DNA of 64,000 nucleotides from a virus, in the IMG/VR virus record IMGVR_UViG_3300045988_142718. The stretch is one strand, 5' to 3'. How positions within the stretch are numbered: position 1 is the stretch's first letter; each line of letters opens with the position of its first letter. A program made the translations under genes and the position numbers. The notes beneath the pieces are model-generated. The model had not been told where the DNA came from. It did no database searches and saw nothing but the letters and a program-made list of their open reading frames with translations. Of the stretch, positions 9,159 to 17,526 are shown piece by piece.

Positions 9159-9989
9159 ATGGATAGTAGAAACATTAAAGAACCTACTCCTCAAATAGAG
9201 GGTGGAAAACATTTGGAGAAAATCTATGATCTCCAAAAAGAATTATTGGATTCTTACATTAAGATCGAAGGATTGCCTTCATATCCCATAGATGTAAATT
9301 CCAAAAAGAGCCAGATCATTCTAAAGGATTTTACTGGTAGGGTAATCGAAGAACTTGGAGAGGGATATGAATCTATGCTCAAGGTTTTCAATAAGAGATT
9401 AGATTACATAAAGGATATGGATAACAAAGAAACATTCCTTTATATTAAAGCTGAAGCACAAAACCTAAATGAAGAACTAGCTGATGCTTTACACTTCTTC
9501 ATGGAATTGCTTATCTACACAAATATTCATCCAGAAGATATTTACCAATACTGTAAAACAACAGCCAAGAATTTAGGGATTCCCTTATATGATTGCTGTT
9601 GCTTAAGACAGGTACTCAACTTTTCCAGAAACATGGTAATGGGATCAGAGATTGACCTACCCAATAAATCCCTTATCAAAATTGTCCATGAAGAAGATGA
9701 ATGTATCCCAGTGGGATGGGAAACTAGTGAAGACTTTGTTAGAAGATGTGCAATCCAATTATGGGATGTGACATATTCTTTATCTATTGCAAGGAATTGC
9801 CTTAAAAACAAGCCATGGAAACAATCCGGAGAATTAACAGATGAAAATCTGTATCAGAATTTACTTTGTGAATCATTCGTAAAATTATGCGGATTTTACG
9901 CATTAATGGGTTATACAGATAAAACCCTATTTGCAGTATACTTCAAGAAAAACATGGTTAATAAATTTCGTATAGCAAGTCGTTATTGA
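9159..9989 (+). CDS. All-alpha NTP pyrophosphohydrolase (MazG / dimeric dUTPase-dCTPase superfamily)
   Basis: Acidic metal-binding motifs EELGEGYE and NEELADALHFFMELL. Immediately upstream of the ThyA-family genes. Confidence 0.55.
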   Translation: MDSRNIKEPTPQIEGGKHLEKIYDLQKELLDSYIKIEGLPSYPIDVNSKKSQIILKDFTGRVIEELGEGYESMLKVFNKRLDYIKDMDNKETFLYIKAEAQNLNEELADALHFFMELLIYTNIHPEDIYQYCKTTAKNLGIPLYDCCCLRQVLNFSRNMVMGSEIDLPNKSLIKIVHEEDECIPVGWETSEDFVRRCAIQLWDVTYSLSIARNCLKNKPWKQSGELTDENLYQNLLCESFVKLCGFYALMGYTDKTLFAVYFKKNMVNKFRIASRY

Positions 9990-9990
9990 T

Positions 9991-10884
9991 ATGGATACAA
10001 TCAATAAGCAATTAAAAGTAAGGCAAGTATTTTATCCTACCTCCCAAGCTGCTTGGGAGGGTATTAATGAAATATTTATTAAAGGGGATCCAATTCTTTT
10101 TACTGAAGGTGAAGGAGGAAGGATCTCCTCCTCTGCGATTTATGCCTATAATGTTGTTGTTAATATTAGGAAAGCTTGGATGGACCCAGAATTTGATTTT
10201 GGTAAGCTTTTCAATTATCAGAAAACCAAATGGAATCTTCTTTTGAATAATTATGTAAACTTTAATCAGTTGGACCTAATGAGATCTCAAGTTAGGTCTA
10301 CTGAATTAAAGAGAAGCCATTACAATTATTCATTCGACTTTGATAATACACATTCTAATGGGAAAGGTTGTTTAATAGCAGCTTCTTTTTGTAGAAGAGA
10401 TGATTTGGATATTCCAATTATAATTGCAAACTTAAGATCTTCGGAGATTACAAAGAGATTGGCATTTGACCTTTTATTATTACAGAGATTGGGAGAATAT
10501 GTATATGGAGAGGACCAAACATTTATGATTCAATTAAACTGTAATCAGATGTATGCTGCCTTAGAAACCTTAATAATGTATGATACTCATAAATCGATAA
10601 AGAAAGTCACCAAGGGACTCGATTCTGTTTGGATTCAAAAGGTCCTTAAGATGTTGAAGTTCTTTAAAACTTGTGATGAAAAGGATGTAAAATATAAAGT
10701 ATATCGAAGAACATTAGCTTGCATACAACCAGGAAAAGTTCCCGGAAAGAAAGAGATAACCCTTTGTGCTAAGGATTTGCTATTAGGATATGACGATATT
10801 CCATACCCGGAATCCTGTATTTCATATACAGCTCGTCAGGCATTTAAAAAGAAATATTTAAAACAAAAGGAGGATAAGAAATGA
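9991..10884 (+). CDS. Divergent thymidylate-synthase-fold paralogue
   Basis: GKGCLIAASF...IIIANLRSSEITKRLAFDLLLLQRLGEYV parallels PCSMYYDF...ICYHQRSSDLV...LMEYMAEQTG of the next gene. Confidence 0.4.
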   Translation: MDTINKQLKVRQVFYPTSQAAWEGINEIFIKGDPILFTEGEGGRISSSAIYAYNVVVNIRKAWMDPEFDFGKLFNYQKTKWNLLLNNYVNFNQLDLMRSQVRSTELKRSHYNYSFDFDNTHSNGKGCLIAASFCRRDDLDIPIIIANLRSSEITKRLAFDLLLLQRLGEYVYGEDQTFMIQLNCNQMYAALETLIMYDTHKSIKKVTKGLDSVWIQKVLKMLKFFKTCDEKDVKYKVYRRTLACIQPGKVPGKKEITLCAKDLLLGYDDIPYPESCISYTARQAFKKKYLKQKEDKK

Positions 10885-11675
10885 GAATCTACACTTCAAG
10901 TTATGAATTAATGTCGGAGACTATGCGGAACTGTATTGAGATGGGTTCTATAGTTAGACCCAAATCTTATCAGAACAAAAACATTGAAGGACAAGAGGAT
11001 TACATTACAAAAGAAGTAATCTGTCATCAGTACTGTTTAACTTCTTTGGGAGACCCAAAATGGTTATTCTTAGCTGATAAAAGGAGTAAACAATGGGTAG
11101 AAGAGGAATTCAAGGAAAGAATCCATGATCCTTTAGAGAGCCCAGATAAATTCTCCCATATTAACCCAGGATCAGCATTCCTTATCAGAGAAGATGTTTG
11201 GAGACCATTCTTAGTAAATGGGAAATTCGATTATACCTACAATGAAAGATTAAGATTTGGATGGACTGATTCTAAAGGAATTAATCACCAAGATCGGATT
11301 TGGGATGCTTTAAAAGCAGTAAGGGATGAGTTAATTAGGAACCCAGATACTCGCCAGGCAGTAATCCCAATCTTTCATCCGACAGATGTAAAATATATTG
11401 GAGGAGAAAGAAGAGTACCTTGCTCAATGTATTATGACTTCTTAATCCGAGAAATAAAAGGTAAAAAGAGATTACACATCTGTTATCACCAAAGGTCATC
11501 CGATTTGGTAACTCATTTTGGTAATGATGTATACCTTGCATGGAAACTTATGGAGTACATGGCTGAGCAAACAGGGAATGAACCAGGATATTTATATCAC
11601 ACTATCGATTCCCTCCATTCATATAAAAAGGACTGGGTATTACTCAAACAATGTTTGGATGATATCACAGAATGA
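10881..11675 (+). CDS. ThyA-family enzyme (thymidylate synthase or dNMP hydroxymethylase; substrate unresolved)
   Basis: NPDTRQAVIPIFHP; catalytic-Cys motif RVPCSMYYDF; YHQRSSDLVTHFGNDVYLAWKLM; IDSLHSY. Start overlaps the upstream stop (ATGA). Confidence 0.7.
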   Translation: MRIYTSSYELMSETMRNCIEMGSIVRPKSYQNKNIEGQEDYITKEVICHQYCLTSLGDPKWLFLADKRSKQWVEEEFKERIHDPLESPDKFSHINPGSAFLIREDVWRPFLVNGKFDYTYNERLRFGWTDSKGINHQDRIWDALKAVRDELIRNPDTRQAVIPIFHPTDVKYIGGERRVPCSMYYDFLIREIKGKKRLHICYHQRSSDLVTHFGNDVYLAWKLMEYMAEQTGNEPGYLYHTIDSLHSYKKDWVLLKQCLDDITE

Positions 11676-11756
11676 ATGAATAATTGGGAAAAAGAATGGA
11701 TTAAAACTTTAGCCTCTATCATGATTTGGTAGAGGCTTCTTAATTTATATAAGAAT

Positions 11757-14700
11757 ATGGGCAAACCAAAAACAAAATATCACATCTTGGAGAACGAGCA
11801 ACAATTAGATATGTTAATTGATGCTTGTAAGAAAACTGGATATGCTTCGGTAGACTTTGAGACTACTGGTAATCGAATATATAATAATGATTTTTATCCT
11901 ACGATTTTAGGGGTATGCTTCGAACCAGGTAGGGCAGGAGTAATCCCTTTAGGTCATTTCGATTCGAAATTTAAAAAATCCTGGAAAACAAAGCTTCAGA
12001 AATTTGGAGAAGAAGTTATTGCTAACGAAAATATTGTTAAGGTTGCATGGAATGCTAAATTTGATATGCAAGTATTTCACAAATATGGTATCTTTCATAA
12101 AGGTAGGTTATTTGATGGGATGCTTGCTAAATATGTTTTGGATGAGGCTAAGCCAAATGATCTAAAGTCCATGGTTAGAAGGTTCCTTCCTAAATTTGGA
12201 GATTACGAAGAAGATTACGAGGGATGTAATCTACCCTGGGATCAAAAACCTTTATTAGGATTATCCCAGTACTGTGCTATAGATACTGATATGTGTTTAA
12301 GATTATTCCTATTCTTCGAAAAGAAGATGATGGATAAGAAATTCTATCATCTATTCAGAAATCTTATTATGCCAGCTTCTAACCTATTAACAAAGGTAGA
12401 GACAAGAGGACAAAGACTTGATAAAGAATGGCATGGGAAATTAATGGGGGAATATCCAAGAAGGATACTAGAAGCAGAAACCAAGGTAAGAGCCCTTAAA
12501 AAGGTAAAGAGATTTGAGAAATCCCTCATCCAACAGAGATTGGATAAAGCAATATCGAAGATAGAAGAAGAGATCAGAGAATCTAAGAAAGTAATAAAAA
12601 CATCAGATGATTCTCGAAAAATTGCTTCTGCTGAAAGGTCAATTAAAAATAGAGAAGAAAAGATTGCCAGATTAATGGCTGGAGAATTTAATACTAAATC
12701 AGAGAAAGCCATAATAGAACCCATAAATTTTGGGTCAGCTTCACAAATGACACAACTCCTTTTCACTGATCCAAAAGGATTCAGATTTCCAGTAGTAAAA
12801 TATACACAAAAAGATAAAAGGGATACCGATAACCCTTCTTCATCAGAAGCAGTATTATTGGAATTACAAAAAACAGATAAAACTGGATTTATTGATACGC
12901 TTCTAGAATTAAGGGGACTTAAACAGATTAATAATATGTTTGTAAAGGGATTTGCAAACTTAGTTCAAGATGATGGCAGATTGCATCCAAAATTTAATAT
13001 TCATGGTACTCGTACAGGGAGATTATCATCAGCAGACCCAAACAGTCAGCAGCTCCCCAGGGTTGCAACGGATCCAACAATTAGACGTTGTTTGGTTGCA
13101 TCTCCAGGTAGACTCTATCTAATGATGGATTATAGCCAATGTATAGATGGGGATTCTTATATCTTTTGTAATACCGGAATAAAGAAGTTAAAAGAGATTA
13201 TTCCTGGGAAAGATAAAATTTGTATGATTGACCCCCAGCATAAAAACAAACACCGAGTTCTCAATATAAAGGTTCTTGCAAATAAGGGTAAGGCAGAATG
13301 CCTAAGGATTACAACAAATACTGGTAGGCAACTGATATTAACAGAAGAACATCCAGTAAAAACTAAACAAGGATTTACATTAGCTAAAGACCTTAAATTA
13401 AATGGTACATTATATATCGAAAACTTATTCGGTACTAAATCTGTTGGTAGGCTTCTCATAAATTCAGATGAAGCATACATTGCGGGATTATTCTATGGTG
13501 ATGGTCATTACCCTAAAGAAAAATCTGGTAAAAGAAAACCAACTGATATGTCCATATTCTTTTCAACTGGATCGGACAGAGAGGAATTACAACCTTTACT
13601 GGATAATTACTTTGGTTGTGAATTCTATGGGCCAAAAAATACTTCAAGGGGTATTAGAGGTCATAGTGATAAGGTTCTCTCTTTTTATAAGAAATACCCA
13701 AAGAAGGATTCTCATGAAATGGAAATCCCAAAGAGGATCCTAAAGTCGGACTTCGAATCCAAGATGAATTTTATTGGAGGTCAAATTGACTCAGATGGTT
13801 CTATTGGTAATGGTAGGTTTAGGTATACTTCTGCTTGTGAACCTTATATTCGACAATTACAACTACTCTTTCAATCAGTTGGGTTTCATGGTATAATCAG
13901 AAGTACAACTACGATTTTAAATGAGAATGAGTATACAGAATATCATTTAATCGTAAATTATGGGTTATCCAGACTTAAGCCCTACTTGAGACTTAAAAGA
14001 AAAAAACAAGAAATTATTGATTGGGAATTGAGCAAACAATATGCCGTCCCTGCAAATAAAACCTCTCACTGTTCCACACAAAGAATACCTTTAGAAATTT
14101 ATCAAGATTTGCCCAGAACTTCAGAATTTCATAAAACTTATAGGAATTCTTTAAGAAAGGGTAGACTTATACACAGTACATTAGAAACATATATTGATGA
14201 ACTTTCTGAACTTGATTCTAGATGGTTGGATGTACATCATTTTATGTATGAGCAAATTACTAACATAGAAAAGGTTGGTAAACGAGAAGTATACGATATG
14301 GAAGTTGAAAACTTACATGAATTTAATCCCAATGGTATCCGGGTTCATAACTGTGAACTTAGACTAATGGCTCACCTATCAAAATGTAAAGGTTTGTTGG
14401 AAGCATTTGCAAAAGGTTGGGATCCTCACTTATCAGTAGCATGTAAAAAATATGGAGTAAATTACGATGATATTTATCCAATATATAAAGATGAACAACA
14501 TCCAGATTATACCACATGGAAAATTCGAAGAAAGCAAGCTAAGCACATTGTTTTCGGATGTATCTATCATATTGGTGCAGCTAAACTTGCAGAAGAACTT
14601 TCAGACCCAAAAACAGGGTTAGTAGTAACACCAAAAGAATCACAGGGATTCTTGGATGATTTTTTTAAGGACTTCCCAGAAGTAAAGAAGTTCATGGACA

Positions 14701-15260
14701 ATCAGATGAAGTTTATCCATAAGCATGGATACATAAAAACATTATTCGGTAGAAAAAGAAGATGCCCAGAGATCTTTGGTGATAATCAGATGCAAATTGT
14801 AGCTGCTGAGAATGCCGCAATCAATACCCCATCACAGTCTGCTGCTTCTGATATGGCATTGTTTACATCAATCCTAATTGATGAGCTCATTCAAAAAGGA
14901 GAATTTCCAGATTTACAAGAAGTAGGTACTGTCCATGACTCCATATATTTTGATACATTACCTCAAGACATCAATCCAAAGACCGTATATCAACTTTGGG
15001 ACATGGCAAGAAATCCCAGTACAAAAGAATGGTTCGGATTCCAAATCGATGACATAGATATGTCAATGGATTTCGAAGTAGGAAGGTCCCAGGGAGAAGA
15101 ATTACCCTTTGCAGTGGGATATGATTATAATCGATTATTAAATTTCAAAGGGGAATGGAAAGGGTCCAAGGAAGAAGAATATTATTTTTCACTGGTAAAC
15201 AAATGTAAATCAGTAGATATCAAGGACTATCCAAAGGTTTACCCAGAGTATTTCAAGTGA
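11757..15260 (+). CDS. polA: Family-A DNA polymerase with 3'-5' exonuclease domain, interrupted by an intein
   Basis: Exo motifs SVDFETTG, NAKFDMQV, YCAIDTD. Motif A is split: LMMDYSQ | intein | CELRLMAHLS. Motif B is RRKQAKHIVFGCIY, motif C is VGTVHDSIYFD. About 763 aa after splicing. Confidence 0.85.
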   Translation: MGKPKTKYHILENEQQLDMLIDACKKTGYASVDFETTGNRIYNNDFYPTILGVCFEPGRAGVIPLGHFDSKFKKSWKTKLQKFGEEVIANENIVKVAWNAKFDMQVFHKYGIFHKGRLFDGMLAKYVLDEAKPNDLKSMVRRFLPKFGDYEEDYEGCNLPWDQKPLLGLSQYCAIDTDMCLRLFLFFEKKMMDKKFYHLFRNLIMPASNLLTKVETRGQRLDKEWHGKLMGEYPRRILEAETKVRALKKVKRFEKSLIQQRLDKAISKIEEEIRESKKVIKTSDDSRKIASAERSIKNREEKIARLMAGEFNTKSEKAIIEPINFGSASQMTQLLFTDPKGFRFPVVKYTQKDKRDTDNPSSSEAVLLELQKTDKTGFIDTLLELRGLKQINNMFVKGFANLVQDDGRLHPKFNIHGTRTGRLSSADPNSQQLPRVATDPTIRRCLVASPGRLYLMMDYSQCIDGDSYIFCNTGIKKLKEIIPGKDKICMIDPQHKNKHRVLNIKVLANKGKAECLRITTNTGRQLILTEEHPVKTKQGFTLAKDLKLNGTLYIENLFGTKSVGRLLINSDEAYIAGLFYGDGHYPKEKSGKRKPTDMSIFFSTGSDREELQPLLDNYFGCEFYGPKNTSRGIRGHSDKVLSFYKKYPKKDSHEMEIPKRILKSDFESKMNFIGGQIDSDGSIGNGRFRYTSACEPYIRQLQLLFQSVGFHGIIRSTTTILNENEYTEYHLIVNYGLSRLKPYLRLKRKKQEIIDWELSKQYAVPANKTSHCSTQRIPLEIYQDLPRTSEFHKTYRNSLRKGRLIHSTLETYIDELSELDSRWLDVHHFMYEQITNIEKVGKREVYDMEVENLHEFNPNGIRVHNCELRLMAHLSKCKGLLEAFAKGWDPHLSVACKKYGVNYDDIYPIYKDEQHPDYTTWKIRRKQAKHIVFGCIYHIGAAKLAEELSDPKTGLVVTPKESQGFLDDFFKDFPEVKKFMDNQMKFIHKHGYIKTLFGRKRRCPEIFGDNQMQIVAAENAAINTPSQSAASDMALFTSILIDELIQKGEFPDLQEVGTVHDSIYFDTLPQDINPKTVYQLWDMARNPSTKEWFGFQIDDIDMSMDFEVGRSQGEELPFAVGYDYNRLLNFKGEWKGSKEEEYYFSLVNKCKSVDIKDYPKVYPEYFK
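13140..14351 (+). mobile_element. Intein (404 aa) with LAGLIDADG homing endonuclease, inserted in Pol motif A
   Basis: Starts CIDGDSYIF. Block B is LTEEHPV. LAGLIDADG motifs are YIAGLFYGDGHY and FIGGQIDSDGSI. Ends VYDMEVENLHEFNPNGIRVHN followed by Cys+1. Confidence 0.8.
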
Positions 15261-15294
15261 ACTAATTAAATTAAATTTTAAACATACATATATT

Positions 15295-15528
15295 ATGAAA
15301 GATGAAAAACGAGGGATAATCATATCCCTAATAATTTGGGTTTTACTTATGTTTATGTCCATTACTCGATGGATGGGTGATGGAATCCTAAAAGAGATTG
15401 GGGATTACATTGCTATCACATTTGGCGTAATAATTACTCTGTTGGTGGGAATAGGAACTTGGAGTATGAGATCATTTATTAAACAATATGGAGGAACAGA
15501 AGATGAGGATAGTACAAAGAGGAATTAA
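15295..15528 (+). CDS. Small membrane protein
   Basis: 77 aa with two hydrophobic helices. Confidence 0.5.
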   Translation: MKDEKRGIIISLIIWVLLMFMSITRWMGDGILKEIGDYIAITFGVIITLLVGIGTWSMRSFIKQYGGTEDEDSTKRN

Positions 15529-15790
15529 TCTTAGGGTAACTAAACCTAAGCCCATAATTTGCCCCAAATGCGGATGTGCTTTTGAAGTACAGAGTCCCAG
15601 GGATGTAATCCATTCAGTTCATCCAGTTAATACAAATTTCGTTGAACAGATGATTGTTATATGCCCAAATTCTTCCTGTAGATTTGAACATAGACTTTCT
15701 TTTGAAAAGATCAAATCTATAAAACAGAGCTTTCCAGATTATCCATGGGATAATGGGTCCAATACATCAATAGACACCATAACTACCTAA
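15488..15790 (+). CDS. Zinc-ribbon protein
   Basis: CPKCGC ... CPNSSC pair. Confidence 0.45.
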   Translation: MEEQKMRIVQRGINLRVTKPKPIICPKCGCAFEVQSPRDVIHSVHPVNTNFVEQMIVICPNSSCRFEHRLSFEKIKSIKQSFPDYPWDNGSNTSIDTITT

Positions 15791-15795
15791 GATTT

Positions 15796-16242
15796 ATGAG
15801 GGATTCCAGTATAAAAGAACTTAAGAGGGAGTCCTCTATAAATCACCTAACAGTAAGGGTAAGAGGTAAAAAACTCGATATAGACCTATCAAAGGAATTG
15901 GCAATTAATGAAACTTCCATTAATAAACTGATCTCAGAAAATCCTTCAAGTTACTCCTTAATCTCAATTTTAAAATCCAAGGCAGTAGCCGAGAGGGATC
16001 AATTAGAAAGGGAAAAGGATAGGATCTTTTCTCAAGTTTATGTTTCTGTGGTAGACAGTAATCCTAAAGCTACAAAAGAATACGCAACACATAAAGCAAA
16101 TGCTAACACAAAATATCAAGTTGCAAATGATAAATTTTTGGAAGCTAAGGAATACGCAGATAAATTAATTTCTATCTGTAAAGCTTTTGAAATGAAAGCT
16201 CAACTACTACAAACATTCTCATCCAATATCAGAAAAGAGTGA
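15796..16242 (+). CDS. Hypothetical helical protein, possibly a UvsY-like recombination mediator
   Basis: 148 aa, all-helical. Lies in the SSB/RecA neighbourhood. Only loose pattern similarity to T4 UvsY. Confidence 0.25.
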   Translation: MRDSSIKELKRESSINHLTVRVRGKKLDIDLSKELAINETSINKLISENPSSYSLISILKSKAVAERDQLEREKDRIFSQVYVSVVDSNPKATKEYATHKANANTKYQVANDKFLEAKEYADKLISICKAFEMKAQLLQTFSSNIRKE

Positions 16243-16279
16243 ACACTATTTATTAATCACATAAAATTATTATCTTATT

Positions 16280-16642
16280 ATGAATGTTATTCAGAACTTA
16301 CTTACTAAAGAAGCTGCATTAAGAGTATCTCAGAATATTCCAGGTACTCCAACTGAAGATCGGATCCTTTTAGCAGTACCTAAAGATGATGCAAGGACTG
16401 CCAGTGGTTTAATCATTCCAGGTAAACCAGAAGATTATCCCAGAAAAGGGGTAATCGTAAAAATGGGATTAATGGAGCAAGACAGAAAGATCAATAAACA
16501 TTTAGAAATTGGTCAAATCGTTACTTATGGGAATTACGCTGGAAAGGATATTTCTTTCGATAATGGATATTCTTTAGAATCCGTTAAATTTGTGGTACTC
16601 TCAATTGAAGAGGTTATCTATATAGAACAAAACAATCATTAA
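16280..16642 (+). CDS. groES: GroES/Cpn10-like co-chaperonin (functional analogue of T4 gp31)
   Basis: DRILLAVPKDDARTASGLIIPGK...KGVIVKMG...GQIVTYGNYAGKDISFDN...VVLSIEEVIYI follows the GroES pattern, including a mobile-loop-like segment. Confidence 0.6.
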   Translation: MNVIQNLLTKEAALRVSQNIPGTPTEDRILLAVPKDDARTASGLIIPGKPEDYPRKGVIVKMGLMEQDRKINKHLEIGQIVTYGNYAGKDISFDNGYSLESVKFVVLSIEEVIYIEQNNH

Positions 16643-16656
16643 TATTTTGATATATC

Positions 16657-17436
16657 ATGAAGAAAGTAAAAACAGAAAAGAAAGGTCTTTCCATGAGGGA
16701 AAAACTTTTGGCTAGAAAAAAAGAGCTGGAGAAGAAAGGATCCGGTGGTGGAATGATTTATCCCAAAGAGGGAACCATTCGCTTCAGAATAAAGGATCCG
16801 GGAGAAGATTGCGAACTAGCTATCGAAATTATTCAGTTCTACTTAGGGCCAAAATTAGGTGGAGTAATCTCTCCAGCTACCTTCAACGAAGATTGCCCAT
16901 TCATGGAGAAATACCTGGAACTAAAGGAAAGTAAGGATGAAGATGATAAACTTCTTGCAAAGAAACTGGTTCCAAAAAGAAAATATGTAATCGCAGTAGT
17001 TGCATATAAAGATGAAAAGGGAAAAGAAGTCGATGAACAGAACATTGATAAACCAATGTTAATCCCCAAACAAGCTTACCAGGATATCATTGATCTCTAC
17101 TTGGATGAGGATGAATGGGGAGATATGACTTCCATCAAAAATGGATACGATTTGAAATTAACCCGTTCTGGTAAAGGTCAAATGGATACCACTTATACCA
17201 TTTCACCATGTCAGAAAAAACCTCTGGATAAGAAATATGCTAAGCCAGTTAATCTTGAGGAAATGGTAAGAAAACATATCCTTCCTTACGATGAACTAGA
17301 GGATAAATTAAACGAATTTCTTTGTGGTGGGGTTGATGATGATGATGATGAAGATGATACTCCAAAAAAGAAAAAGAAATCCTTAAAGGACAAGGATAAG
17401 AAGAAAAAGAAAAAAGCTAAAGGCTCTGATATTTAA
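16657..17436 (+). CDS. Single-stranded DNA-binding protein, T4 gp32-like
   Basis: GTIRFRI..., CPFMEKY, KRKYVIAVVAY, NGYDLKLTRSGKG parallel gp32 segments. Acidic DDDDDEDD tract near the C-terminus. Confidence 0.5.
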   Translation: MKKVKTEKKGLSMREKLLARKKELEKKGSGGGMIYPKEGTIRFRIKDPGEDCELAIEIIQFYLGPKLGGVISPATFNEDCPFMEKYLELKESKDEDDKLLAKKLVPKRKYVIAVVAYKDEKGKEVDEQNIDKPMLIPKQAYQDIIDLYLDEDEWGDMTSIKNGYDLKLTRSGKGQMDTTYTISPCQKKPLDKKYAKPVNLEEMVRKHILPYDELEDKLNEFLCGGVDDDDDEDDTPKKKKKSLKDKDKKKKKKAKGSDI

Positions 17437-17463
17437 AAAATCCATATCACTCGTAATAAAGTT

Positions 17464-17501
17464 AAAGGGAGTATGCCTTCAATTGGGTTGCTCCCTTTTT
17501 T
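17464..17501 (+). terminator. Rho-independent terminator
   Basis: Stem AAAGGGAG / CTCCCTTT followed by a T-run. Confidence 0.55.
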
Positions 17502-17526
17502 AATCTAAAACAAATCATCATACACT

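Noticed and set aside
12347-12766. Antisense or alternative-frame ORFs inside large genes. Examples: 409-669, 3107-3433, 12347-12766, 13157-13480, 13468-13743, 19411-19752, 22752-23108, 23566-23826, 51214-51465, 56893-57321, 60188-60494, 61545-61838.
   Set aside because: All are embedded in ORFs with strong motif support on the other strand or frame. Their translations are low-complexity or hydrophobic, which is typical of shadow ORFs in AT-rich DNA.
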